The notes beneath the pieces are model-generated. The model had not been told where the DNA came from, searched no databases, and worked only from the letters and a program-made list of their open reading frames with translations. Positions 20,761-30,039 of a stretch of DNA of 63,169 nucleotides are shown one piece after another. The stretch is from Lapillicoccus sp. (lineage in GTDB: Bacteria; Actinomycetota; Actinomycetes; Actinomycetales; Dermatophilaceae). Made by a program: the position numbers and the translations under genes. Location of the stretch: positions 1-63,169 of the forward strand of contig DASTNV010000289.1 of NCBI GenBank assembly GCA_035762725.1, in the 5' to 3' direction. How positions within the stretch are numbered: the stretch's first letter is position 1; the number at the start of each line of letters is the position of its first letter.

Positions 20761-20871
20761 TGCGGACGATCGTCCGCACTCCGGACGCTGCTGTCAAGGC
20801 TCCTCTTGACGGTCCCGACTCTGCTTGCGAGGCTGGCCACTGACGGACGGACGTTCGTCCGCATACCGAAT
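20761..20871. promoter_or_regulatory. Divergent promoter region with IclR-type boxes
   Basis: Perfect palindrome TGCGGACGATCGTCCGCA (20761-20778); GTCCG-N5-CGGAC (20772-20786); GTCCG-N5-CGAAT (20857-20871); back-to-back TTGAC -35-like elements. Confidence 0.6.
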
Positions 20872-20888
20872 GATCTCCAGGAGCCACC

Positions 20889-22046
20889 GTGCCGGACGCC
20901 GCCCGAGGCCCGCTCGACGGGATCCTCGTCGCGGACTTCTCCCGGATCCTGGCCGGCCCCTACGCGACGATGCTCCTCGCCGACCTCGGAGCCGACGTCG
21001 TCAAGGTCGAGGGACCGCGCGGCGACGACACCCGCTCGTGGCAGCCGCCTGTCCACGACGGCGTCTCGACCTACTTCCTCGGGGTCAACCGCAACAAGCG
21101 CTCGGTGGTCCTCGACTTCGCCGACCCGCACGACGGCGACCTCGCCCGCGAGCTGGCCCGCCGCGCCGACATCGTCGTCGAGAACTTCCGGCCCGGTGGC
21201 CTCGCCAAGTACGCCCTCGACTACGACTCGGTCGCCGCCACGAACCCGAGAGTCCTGTATGCGTCGATCTCCGGCTTCGGCAGCGGTGAGCAGGGCCGGG
21301 CGCTGCCGGGCTACGACCTCATCGTCCAGGCCATCTCCGGGCTGATGAGCCTCACCGGCGACGCCGACGGCGAGCCGTACCGCGCCGGGATCTCGGTGTT
21401 CGACGTGATGGCCGGGCTGCACGCGACGATCGGGCTGCTGGCCGCGCTGCACCGCCGCGACGAGACCGGCCAGGGGCAGCACGTCGAGGTCAACCTGCTG
21501 GCCTCGGCGCTCTCGGGGATGGTCAACCACACCAGCGCCTTCGTCGCCGGCGGCGTCGTCCCGTACCGGATGGGCAACAGCCACCCCAGCCTGTTCCCCT
21601 ACGAGCCGCTCCCCTGCGCCGACGGCGAGCTGATCATCACCGCCGGCAACGACCTCCAGTTCCGGCGGCTCGTCGACGTCCTCGGGATCCCGGAGCTGGC
21701 CGAGGACCCGCGATTCGGCAGCAACCCCGACCGAACCGCCCGCCGCGAGGAGCTACGGCCGCTGCTCGTCGAGCGGCTCCGGACCCGGTCGCGGATGGAC
21801 TGGTTCCGCGACCTCACCGCTGCAGGCGTCGCGTGTGGACCCATCAACACCGTCGATCAGGGCGTCGCCTTCGCCGAAGACATCGGGCTCGACCCGGTGG
21901 TCGAGGTCGGACCGTCCGGAACGTCGGTTCGCAGCGTCCGCAACCCGATCACCTTCTCCGCCACCCCGGCGAGCTACCGGTTCCCCCCACCGTCGCTCGA
22001 CCAGCAGGGTCCCGAGATCCGCTCCTGGCTGGAGGAGGGCCGATGA
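20889..22046 (+). CDS. CaiB/BaiF class III CoA transferase
   Basis: DFSRILAGPYAT, VNRNKRS, ENFRPG, PGYDLIVQAISGLM. Confidence 0.93.
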   Translation: MPDAARGPLDGILVADFSRILAGPYATMLLADLGADVVKVEGPRGDDTRSWQPPVHDGVSTYFLGVNRNKRSVVLDFADPHDGDLARELARRADIVVENFRPGGLAKYALDYDSVAATNPRVLYASISGFGSGEQGRALPGYDLIVQAISGLMSLTGDADGEPYRAGISVFDVMAGLHATIGLLAALHRRDETGQGQHVEVNLLASALSGMVNHTSAFVAGGVVPYRMGNSHPSLFPYEPLPCADGELIITAGNDLQFRRLVDVLGIPELAEDPRFGSNPDRTARREELRPLLVERLRTRSRMDWFRDLTAAGVACGPINTVDQGVAFAEDIGLDPVVEVGPSGTSVRSVRNPITFSATPASYRFPPPSLDQQGPEIRSWLEEGR

Positions 22047-22840
22047 CCGAACCGCTCCGGGTACCCACCTCGCTCGGCACCTCCGACGCCGACCAGATCC
22101 GGCTGCTCGGCGAGGACCTCACCGCCGACCTCATGGGTCAGGTGGGGTTCGGCGAGCTGGCGTTCTGGCTGGTCGCGCTCCGCCGTCCGACGCCCTCCGA
22201 GGTCCGCGTCTTCGAGGCGGTCCTCGTGGCGCTGGCCGACCACGGCTTCACGCCCACGGCGATCGCGGCGCGGCTCACCTACCTGTCGGCGCCCGACTCG
22301 CTCCAGGGCGCGCTGGCCGCCGGACTGCTCGGCGGTGGCTCGCGGTTCCTCGGGGTGACCGAGGACTGCGGCCAGTTCCTCGAAGCGGTGCTCGTCGACG
22401 CCGGCGACGACCTGCCGACCGACGACGCGGGCTGGGACGCCCTGGCGCTCGCCGCGGTGACCCGCACCCGCGAGGCCGGCCGGTTCGTTCCGGGTCTCGG
22501 CCACCCGGTCCACAGGGTCGAGGACCCACGGACCCCCGTGCTGCTGCGGATCGCCGAGGAGGAGGGGCTGCGCGGACCGCATCTGCGCCTGTTCGAGGCG
22601 GTCGGCCGGGTCCACGAACAGGTCCTCGGCCGCCGGCTTCCGCTCAACGGCGCAGGGGTATGCGGCGCCGCGCTCGCCGACCTCGGCCTGCCGGTCGAGC
22701 TGCTGCGCGGGTTCGCCCTGCTGGCCCGGGCCGCCGGGCTGCTCGGGCAGCTCGCCGAGGAGCGCCGGCGTCCCGTCGGCATGGACGTCTACCTCGCCGT
22801 CGACCGCGGCGCCTACTACGTGCCCCCGAACGAGGGCTGA
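22043..22840 (+). CDS. Citryl-CoA lyase / citrate-synthase-fold acyl-CoA lyase
   Basis: LADHGFTPTAIAARL, VPGLGHPVH..EDPR, LPLNGAG; ATGA overlap. Confidence 0.85.
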   Translation: MTEPLRVPTSLGTSDADQIRLLGEDLTADLMGQVGFGELAFWLVALRRPTPSEVRVFEAVLVALADHGFTPTAIAARLTYLSAPDSLQGALAAGLLGGGSRFLGVTEDCGQFLEAVLVDAGDDLPTDDAGWDALALAAVTRTREAGRFVPGLGHPVHRVEDPRTPVLLRIAEEEGLRGPHLRLFEAVGRVHEQVLGRRLPLNGAGVCGAALADLGLPVELLRGFALLARAAGLLGQLAEERRRPVGMDVYLAVDRGAYYVPPNEG

Positions 22841-22877
22841 GCCGCATACATCTCGAACATCGTTGGAGGAGAACCGT

Positions 22878-23741
22878 ATGGCCACCGTCGCCGCCGTCAT
22901 CGCCTCGACGCACCACCCGTTCTACTACCGCGCCAGCACGTCGACGGGAGCCGACCGGCCGCCGTTCGCCGACGAGTGGGTCGAGAAGATCGAGCGGTTC
23001 CGCGAGACCCTGACGCGGGCCCGACCGGACGTGCTGCTGATGGTCGGCAGCGATCACTTCCACCAGCTGTGGCTGGACAACATGCCGCAGTTCCTCGTCG
23101 GCAAGGCGCCGTTCTACGACGCGAACTTCTACAACGAGGAGCGTGAGTTCGGGCTGCCGCGGATGACCCTGCGCGGCCAGGAGGACCTATCGACGCACGT
23201 GCTGCGCAACGGGATCGACGCGGGGTTCGACCTGGCGTTCAGCAACGAGCTACGGATCGACCACAGCATCACCTGCCCGATCATCACGCTCCGGCCGGAG
23301 GCCGACCTGCCGATCGTGCCGGTGTACACCAACATCTTCGCGCCGCCGATGCCGCGACCCGAGCGGTTCGTCGAGCTGGGCCGGACGCTGCGGGCGCTGG
23401 TCGAGAGCTGGCCGTCCGACCTGCGAGTGGCCATCGTCGGAACCGGTCACCTCTCGCTGGAGCTGGGCGGACCACGACAGTTCGGGCCGCACGGACCGGA
23501 CCCCGAGTTCGACCGCAAGGCTGTGGAGTGGATCGCGACCGGTGACATCGACGGGTGTTGTCGCGAGGTGACCCTCGACAGCCTGCACGCGCCGGGGAAC
23601 GCGACGCACGGGTTCATGGACTTCATGCTGATGATGGGTGCGGCCGGGGACGGGGTGGCCGCCGACCACGTCGACAGCCTCGACCTGTTCCACACCATGG
23701 AGGCCTACTTCACCTGGTACCCCAAGGAGGCGTCGGCGTGA
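22878..23741 (+). CDS. Extradiol ring-cleavage dioxygenase, LigB family
   Basis: ASTHHP, GSDHFHQLWLDNMPQF, IDHSITCP, GTGHLSLELGG. Confidence 0.85.
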   Translation: MATVAAVIASTHHPFYYRASTSTGADRPPFADEWVEKIERFRETLTRARPDVLLMVGSDHFHQLWLDNMPQFLVGKAPFYDANFYNEEREFGLPRMTLRGQEDLSTHVLRNGIDAGFDLAFSNELRIDHSITCPIITLRPEADLPIVPVYTNIFAPPMPRPERFVELGRTLRALVESWPSDLRVAIVGTGHLSLELGGPRQFGPHGPDPEFDRKAVEWIATGDIDGCCREVTLDSLHAPGNATHGFMDFMLMMGAAGDGVAADHVDSLDLFHTMEAYFTWYPKEASA

Positions 23742-24097
23742 GCAAGTACCTGCTCGACAAATTCCTCTTCACTGTCGACCGCGACCCCGAGCTGGTCGAG
23801 CGGTACCGCGACGACCCCGCCGGCACCGTCGAGTGGTGGGAGTCGACGATGGCCAACCGGCTGCTCGGCTGCCACACCGGCGAGGCCAGTACCTGGCTGG
23901 CGTTCTCCGATGACGAGCGGAAGGCGTTGGTCGAGCAGGACCACGTCACGCTGTTCGGCATGGGCGCCCACCCGTTCCTCACGCTGACCCTGTTCATCGC
24001 GATGTTCGAGCGGGACCACGGGCCGCTGGAGTACCAGAAGGCCTACGGCGCGGCGATGCAGCACCTCTCGCTTCCCTACCCCGACATCGCCACCTGA
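23738..24097 (+). CDS. Probable LigA-like small subunit of the dioxygenase
   Basis: SKYLLDKFL..ERYRDDP...DERKAL...LFGMGAHPFL pattern; GTGA-coupled to the LigB-like gene. Confidence 0.7.
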   Translation: MSKYLLDKFLFTVDRDPELVERYRDDPAGTVEWWESTMANRLLGCHTGEASTWLAFSDDERKALVEQDHVTLFGMGAHPFLTLTLFIAMFERDHGPLEYQKAYGAAMQHLSLPYPDIAT

Positions 24098-24098
24098 C

Positions 24099-25061
24099 AT
24101 GCGGGCCGCCCTACTCGAGAGCTACGGCTCGCCGCCGGTCGCCGGTGTGCGGGAGGCGCCGTCCGGTGCGGGCCCGCTCGTCTCGGTCACCGTGGCGCCG
24201 ATCGTCCCGCTCGACCTGTTCTGCGCGAGCGGTTCGTCGTACTTCGGCCGGCTCCCCCTCCCCTACGTCCCCGGCGTCCAGGGCGTCGGGATGCTGGCGG
24301 ACACCGGCACGCGGGTGTGGTTCGCCACCTCGGCCGGGATGGCTCCGGGCGACGGCAGCCTCGCCGAGCAGTGCACCGTGGCCGCCGACGACCTCGTGCC
24401 ACTGCCGGACCGCGTCGCCGACGAGGACGCCGCCGCCATCGGCCTCTCCGGCGTGGCCGCGTGGATGTGCCTGACCTGGCGTGCGCGGCTCCAGCCGGGC
24501 GAGCGGGTGCTCGTGCTCGGCGCGGGCGGGGTGGTCGGCCAGGCCGCGGTCGCCGGTGCCCGCCGGCTCGGGGCATCGAGCGTCGTCGCGGTATGCCGGT
24601 CGGCGGCGGCCGAGGCCCGCGCCCGCCGCGCCGGAGCCGACTCGGTCGTCGTGGTGGCCGAGCCGGAGACGACCGACGTGGCGGCGCTCAGCGAACGGTT
24701 CGTGGCCGCCGGCGGTGGACCCGTGGACGTGGTCGTCGACCCGGTCTTCGGGCCGTCGGCCAGCGCCGCCTGCCTGGCGCTGGCTCCGGGTGGCCGGCTG
24801 GTCAACCTCGGTGGCCTGAGCGGCGACGGCGCCCAGCTGTCGTCGGCGGTGCTCCGGTCCCGGTCGGCCAGTGTGCTCGGCTACACCAACAACGCGATCA
24901 CCCCGGCGCAGCGGGCCGAGGCGCTGGGCGAGGTCCTGCGGATGGCGGCCGACGGTGACCTCGTCGTCGACCACCGGACCCACCCGCTCGACGATGTCGC
25001 GACCGCGTGGGCGGCGGCGGCCCGGGGCGACGGCGTCCGCTCCCTCGTGCGTCTGCGCTGA
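24099..25061 (+). CDS. MDR-family (quinone oxidoreductase-like) oxidoreductase
   Basis: LPYVPGVQGVG, PGERVLVLGAGGVVG, DVVVDPVFG. Confidence 0.85.
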   Translation: MRAALLESYGSPPVAGVREAPSGAGPLVSVTVAPIVPLDLFCASGSSYFGRLPLPYVPGVQGVGMLADTGTRVWFATSAGMAPGDGSLAEQCTVAADDLVPLPDRVADEDAAAIGLSGVAAWMCLTWRARLQPGERVLVLGAGGVVGQAAVAGARRLGASSVVAVCRSAAAEARARRAGADSVVVVAEPETTDVAALSERFVAAGGGPVDVVVDPVFGPSASAACLALAPGGRLVNLGGLSGDGAQLSSAVLRSRSASVLGYTNNAITPAQRAEALGEVLRMAADGDLVVDHRTHPLDDVATAWAAAARGDGVRSLVRLR

Positions 25062-25078
25062 GCCTCCCCAGTCACCGC

Positions 25079-25167
25079 CGCCCGGACGACAGGCACCTGC
25101 TCCGCCGTGTGCCCGGTTCAGGGTGATTGGTCCGGTTGTCCGGGGGATGGTGCCTGTCGAGCGGGCG
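25079..25167. repeat. Intergenic inverted repeat (REP-like or terminator)
   Basis: CGCCCG-GA-CGACAGGCACC ... GGTGCCTGTCG-AG-CGGGCG with a 51-nt spacer. Confidence 0.45.
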
Positions 25168-25258
25168 CGTCCGGGCACTACCTCGGGTCATGCCGTCGTC
25201 ACCGGACGGTAAGCGTGCACCGAGCCCGCACCGGGCCGGGACCATCGAGGATGAGGGC

Positions 25259-25855
25259 ATGATCCCCGCCCCGACGAGGACCATCGTCTCGCTCGTGTCC
25301 CTGCTGGTCACGGCGGCCCTGGTCGCCGGCTGCGGCAACCCGGCTCCGAATCCTGCTCCGGCCCCGTCCACCAGCCCCACCTCCAGCTCGGCCACGACAC
25401 CCACCACCCCCGCGCCGACCGCCAGCTCCTCCGCGGCCGCCGCGGTCCCCGCAACGCTCGACTTCACGGCCGGCCCCGTCGACGGCGCCGCGGTCTCCGG
25501 CGCCGACCTGGCCGGGCGCCGGACCGTGCTGTGGTTCTGGGCGCCCTGGTGCACGGTCTGTGCCCGCGCTGCCGCCGACGTCAAGCGCGCCGCGGCGGCA
25601 CTCGGGCCGGACGTCCGCGTGGTCGGCGTCGCGGGCCTCAGCTCCGACGCCGCCGGCATGCGGGTGTTCGTCGATCGCGGCGGTCTGCAGTCGATGACCC
25701 ACCTCGCCGACACCGGCGGCGACCTCTACGCCCGGTTCGGCGTCACCCAGCAGGACACCTTCGTCCTCGTCCGCCCGGACGGGACGGTGAGCCGGCACGC
25801 GTCCTACAGCCAGGACGTCGACCTCGTCGCCCTCGCTCGGCAGACCCTCGGCTGA
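25259..25855 (+). CDS. TlpA/DsbE-like thioredoxin lipoprotein
   Basis: Lipobox VAGC; WFWAPWCTVC active site; FGVTQQDTFV. Confidence 0.85.
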   Translation: MIPAPTRTIVSLVSLLVTAALVAGCGNPAPNPAPAPSTSPTSSSATTPTTPAPTASSSAAAAVPATLDFTAGPVDGAAVSGADLAGRRTVLWFWAPWCTVCARAAADVKRAAAALGPDVRVVGVAGLSSDAAGMRVFVDRGGLQSMTHLADTGGDLYARFGVTQQDTFVLVRPDGTVSRHASYSQDVDLVALARQTLG

Positions 25856-25874
25856 ACCAGGCGGCCAGCCGACC

Positions 25875-26738
25875 ATGGACACCGCAACTCTGGTCCTCGC
25901 CCTCAGTGCCGGCGCGCTCGCCGCCCTCAACCCGTGCGGCTTCGCCCTCCTCCCCGCCTGGCTGACCCTGTTGGTCGACCGGGAAACCCGCTCCCGAGGC
26001 AGCGCCGTCGCGCGGGCGGTCGGTCTCTCCGCGGCCATGACGGTCGGGTTCGTCGCGGTCTTCGGAGCGTTCGGAGCGGTCGTCGTCCCGCTGACCCTCT
26101 CTGTGGAGCAGTACCTGCCCTGGGCGACCATCGTCATCGGGCTGGTCCTCGTCGCGATCGGCGTCGTCCTCCTCACCGGCCGCGACCTCGTCGTCCGGGT
26201 TCCTCACTGGCACCGCGTCCCCGCCCGAGGCTGGGGCGCGATGGTCGCTTACGGAGCCGCCTATGCCTTGGCGTCGCTGTCCTGCACGGTGGGGCCGTTC
26301 CTCGCCGTCCTGGCCGCCACCACGCGAGCCGACGGGGTGGCGGCCGGGATGCTCGTCGTTCTCGCGTATGCCATCGGCATGGGCCTGCTCGTCACCCTGC
26401 TGGCGGTCGCGGTGGCTCTGGCTCAGGACGCGGTGGTTGGTGGGATGCGCAGGGTGCTCCCCTGGGTCAACCGGCTGAGCGGCGGCCTGCTGGTCCTCGC
26501 CGGGGCGTACGTGACCTGGTACGGCTGGTACGAGGTGCGGGTTGCCGCGGGCGGCAGCACCGAGGACCCGGTGGTCGACGCGGCCGCCGCCGTGCAGGGA
26601 GCGCTGGCCCAGCTCGTCGACCGCATCGGACCCGCCGGCCTGGCCGTGACCCTCGCCGTCGCGCTGGTCGTCATCGGACTCGTGACGGTCAGGGCGAGTC
26701 GACGGTCCCGCGGTCGATCGGCGGCATCCACTTCGTGA
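25875..26738 (+). CDS. ccdA: CcdA/DsbD family membrane electron transporter
   Basis: AALNPCGFALLP and ASLSCTVGPF conserved Cys motifs. Confidence 0.85.
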   Translation: MDTATLVLALSAGALAALNPCGFALLPAWLTLLVDRETRSRGSAVARAVGLSAAMTVGFVAVFGAFGAVVVPLTLSVEQYLPWATIVIGLVLVAIGVVLLTGRDLVVRVPHWHRVPARGWGAMVAYGAAYALASLSCTVGPFLAVLAATTRADGVAAGMLVVLAYAIGMGLLVTLLAVAVALAQDAVVGGMRRVLPWVNRLSGGLLVLAGAYVTWYGWYEVRVAAGGSTEDPVVDAAAAVQGALAQLVDRIGPAGLAVTLAVALVVIGLVTVRASRRSRGRSAASTS

Positions 26739-26785
26739 CGATGACGAGGACGAAGGAGAGGGCGAACGGCAGCAGCATCGCCTTC
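26689..26785 (-). pseudogene. Orphan 3' end of an MFS gene (left copy of 64-bp direct repeat)
   Basis: Reads KAMLLPFALSFVLVIVTKWMPPIDRGTVDSP*; 26722-26785 is 62/64 identical to 32855-32918. Confidence 0.8.
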
Positions 26786-26863
26786 GCGGCGGCCCGGGGC
26801 GACAGCGTCCGCGGCCCGTGACGTTGTCGAGGGCGGTCAGCGGCGAGAAGGGGACGTTGTCGT

Positions 26864-29356
26864 TCACTCCGATGTGGCGGCCAGTACCAGCTTCCGGACG
26901 TCGCTGGCGCTGGCCAGGGTCAGTGCCCGCTTGGCCAATGACGTGCACTGGTCCAGGTCGAGCTCACGGATGATCGCCTTCACTCTGGGCACGCTCGGGG
27001 GTGCGACGCTGAGCTCACGGACTCCCAGCCCGGCGAGGATCGGTATGGCCAGCTCGTCGGAGGCGGCCTCGCCGCAGACGCCGACGTCGATCCGGCCCTG
27101 CGCCGTTTGACAGACCTGGTCGATGAGCCGGAGCACCCCCGGGTCGAGGGCGTCGGACAGCGCAGCCACCGCGCTGTTCCCGCGCTCGGCCGCGAGCGCA
27201 TACTGCGTCAGGTCGTTCGTGCCGATGCTGACGAAGTCCACGTGAGGCAGGAACGCCTCGATCTTCAGGGCGGCCGACGGGACCTCGATCATCGTCCCCA
27301 GCCGCAGACCGGGCGGGAGTCCAGACGGTCCCGCCGCGTCGGTGAGCACGTGTCGAGCCTCGATCATCTCGTCGGGCGAGGACACCATCGGGATCATGAC
27401 GCTCGTGGGGTGCTGGCGCGCCGTGTGGCAGATGGCCACCATCTGGTCACGCAGCAGGTCGCGATGTTCGAGGCTGAGCCGGATGCCGCGCCTGCCGAGG
27501 AATGGGTTGGCCTCCTCCGGCATCCGCAGGTAGGGCAGTGGCTTGTCTCCACCGACGTCGAGGGTTCGCAAGATGATCGGCCGTCCGCACATCGCCGACG
27601 CGATGAGGTCGTACTCCGCCTGCTGCTCCTCGATGGTCGGTGGGACGCTCCGGTCCAGGAAGAGGAACTCGGTGCGGACCAGGCCGGCACCATCGGCCCC
27701 GGCCTGGTGGGCAGCGCGAGCGTCCGCGACGGATCCGAGGTTGGCCTCGACACGAAACGCCGTCCCGTCGCGCGAGACGGCAGGTCGGTCAGCGAGCGCC
27801 GCCTGCTCGGCGCGCAGCCGGATGTCCTCGAGGGCTCGACGTTCGTAGTTCTCGACCAAGTCGGTCGGCGGATCGACATACAGTTTTCCGATGCCCCCGT
27901 CGAGCACGACGGTGGTGCCCTCCGGGATGTCGAGGACCGCGGATCCCGCCGCGACGACAACGGGGATGTCGCGGGCGCGGGCCAGGATGGCGGCGTGCGA
28001 CGTCGCGCTGCCATGGGCGAGCACCACTCCGGTCACCAAGTCGAGGTCCAGACCGGCGGTCTCGACCGGGGTCAGGTCGTCGGCCACGAGGACCCCTGGG
28101 CCGGTCATCTCGCGGGCGACCTGCCCGGTCAGCGCCCGCAGTACGTGGTCTTTGACTGCCCCGACATCTGCAGCTCGCTCCCGTAAGTAAGGATCCGGGA
28201 GGTTGGCCCAGTCGCGTTCGACGTCGGCCAGGGAGTCAGCCCATGCCGCAACGGCGCCCGCGCCCCCTCCGATGCGGGCCTTCACGTCGGCCAGGAGCTC
28301 GGCATCGGTGAGGAGCGACAGGTGCGCATCGAAGATCCCGGCTTGCTCGGGGCCGACCTCTCGCAGCGTGAGGACTCTGACGCGGTCGATCTCCCGGCGC
28401 ACAGCCGCCACCGCCTCGGCGGAGCGCCGCCACTCGGCCGCCGGCACGTCCACCGTGTAGTCGGCGATGTCGACCGGGACCGCGCTGAGCCGACGAGCAG
28501 GTCCGATGGCGATGCCCGGGGACGCCGGCACCGGACCGGTCCGGCTGGGTGTCGACGGACCGGAAGCCGGCCGCGTCCGGACCTGCTCGACCTGTTCGTC
28601 GAATCGGCGCTTCGCGAGGCTCACGAGGTGCTCCACGGCTTCCTGCGCCTGCGGCCCGGACGCGCGGACCTCGACGTCGTGCCCGAAAAGCGCTGACAGC
28701 AAGGCGACCCGGCTCAGGCTTCCTGCGGGGACCGGCCCCGCCCCCGTCGTGAGGTTGCGCAGGTGCACGGTCGCATCGAGGCCGCGCACCTCGCTGACCA
28801 GCCGGGCGGCCGGCCTCGCGTGCAGTCCGTGGCGGTTGTCGACGCGAAACACCCCGACGACCTCATCGCGGCCGGCCTCGACCACGTCCGACGCCTCGCT
28901 GTGATCGCCCGCCGAGAGGTGGGCTGCCTTGCCCAACAACGCTGCTCGCGCTTCAGCGGCGACCTCCTCCCGGTTGGCTCCTCCTGCGGCGGCTACCGCG
29001 GCGACGACAAGGCCTTCGACGAGGGGCGCGGGAGACAGGGTCACCCGGTCGCGGATGGCCGGATCCGGGAGGAGGTCGAGAGCGAGTTCGGCGCTGAGCA
29101 ACGCGCTGCCGAGATCCATGAGAACCACGACACCCTTCGGCCGGTCCGCCCGCACAATCGCTTCCATGATGCTGACGGCATCGGTTCCAAAGGTGCTGTC
29201 GTCAAGTCCCGCAGCCACCTCGATGGTGACCGCGCGGCCGTGGAGCATCTCTCCCGCCAGCGCGACGGAAGCGCCCGCGAGTGCACGACTGTGGGAGACC
29301 ACGACGAGGCCGACCCGATCCTTGGCGTCGGCCGAAGGGCTCTGTGTCACGTCCAC
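26864..29356 (-). CDS. dhaM: DhaM(EIIA)-HPr-Enzyme I fusion phosphotransferase
   Basis: GLVVVSHS..GTDA (DhaM), GLHARPAA (HPr), TSHAAILAR, GLVRTEFLF, RTLDVGGDK, SIGTNDLTQY (EI). Confidence 0.9.
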   Translation of the reverse strand: MDVTQSPSADAKDRVGLVVVSHSRALAGASVALAGEMLHGRAVTIEVAAGLDDSTFGTDAVSIMEAIVRADRPKGVVVLMDLGSALLSAELALDLLPDPAIRDRVTLSPAPLVEGLVVAAVAAAGGANREEVAAEARAALLGKAAHLSAGDHSEASDVVEAGRDEVVGVFRVDNRHGLHARPAARLVSEVRGLDATVHLRNLTTGAGPVPAGSLSRVALLSALFGHDVEVRASGPQAQEAVEHLVSLAKRRFDEQVEQVRTRPASGPSTPSRTGPVPASPGIAIGPARRLSAVPVDIADYTVDVPAAEWRRSAEAVAAVRREIDRVRVLTLREVGPEQAGIFDAHLSLLTDAELLADVKARIGGGAGAVAAWADSLADVERDWANLPDPYLRERAADVGAVKDHVLRALTGQVAREMTGPGVLVADDLTPVETAGLDLDLVTGVVLAHGSATSHAAILARARDIPVVVAAGSAVLDIPEGTTVVLDGGIGKLYVDPPTDLVENYERRALEDIRLRAEQAALADRPAVSRDGTAFRVEANLGSVADARAAHQAGADGAGLVRTEFLFLDRSVPPTIEEQQAEYDLIASAMCGRPIILRTLDVGGDKPLPYLRMPEEANPFLGRRGIRLSLEHRDLLRDQMVAICHTARQHPTSVMIPMVSSPDEMIEARHVLTDAAGPSGLPPGLRLGTMIEVPSAALKIEAFLPHVDFVSIGTNDLTQYALAAERGNSAVAALSDALDPGVLRLIDQVCQTAQGRIDVGVCGEAASDELAIPILAGLGVRELSVAPPSVPRVKAIIRELDLDQCTSLAKRALTLASASDVRKLVLAATSE

Positions 29357-29371
29357 CTCGCTCGCCTTTCG

Positions 29372-30037
29372 TCAGGATTGGTCTGGCACCGCAGCCGTGG
29401 ATGTCGCCGCATCCGCCGCGGCCTGGATGAACAGGGCGACGCTCGCCGCGCCCGGGTCCATGTGACCGATACTGCGTTCGCCGAGGTAGCTCGCCCGGCC
29501 CTTACGGGCCAGCATCGGAGTCGTGGCATCGCGACCGGCGCGAGCAGCCTGACTGGCGGCGGTGAGTCCGGTCGCCAGCGAAGCGTCCTCGGCGAGGGAA
29601 CGCTCGAGCGCATCCACCGCGGGCGCCAGCGCGTCGTACATGGTCTTGTCCCCCGGTGCCGGCTTGCCGCGATCCACGACACCGCCGAGGCCTGCTCGCA
29701 GAGCGGCAGCGACGTCGCCGGCGGCCAGGGTCTCGCCAGCGGTTCCGAGCGAGCCGCCCATCCGCAGGAACATCGTGCCGAACAGTGGCCCGCTGGCTCC
29801 CCCGACGGTGGAGACCAACGTCATCCCCACCTTGGAAAGGAGTGCCCCGGCGTTAGGGGGCGGGTTTTCGTCGAGCGCGGCCACGGCGGCCTTCATGCCC
29901 CGATCCATGTTCGAGCCGTGATCGGCATCGCCGATCGCCGCGTCGAGCTCGGTCAGGTGCTCGCGGTTGTCCGCGATCAGCTGGGCGAAGTCGCGCACCC
30001 AGCGCTCGAAGACCGCCGTGGTCACGCTCTGGCTCAT
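29372..30037 (-). CDS. dhaL: Dihydroxyacetone kinase subunit L
   Basis: LTELDAAIGDADHG, VGGASGPLFG, GDKTMYD, KGRASYLGERSIGHMDPG. Confidence 0.95.
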   Translation of the reverse strand: MSQSVTTAVFERWVRDFAQLIADNREHLTELDAAIGDADHGSNMDRGMKAAVAALDENPPPNAGALLSKVGMTLVSTVGGASGPLFGTMFLRMGGSLGTAGETLAAGDVAAALRAGLGGVVDRGKPAPGDKTMYDALAPAVDALERSLAEDASLATGLTAASQAARAGRDATTPMLARKGRASYLGERSIGHMDPGAASVALFIQAAADAATSTAAVPDQS

Positions 30038-30039
30038 GG

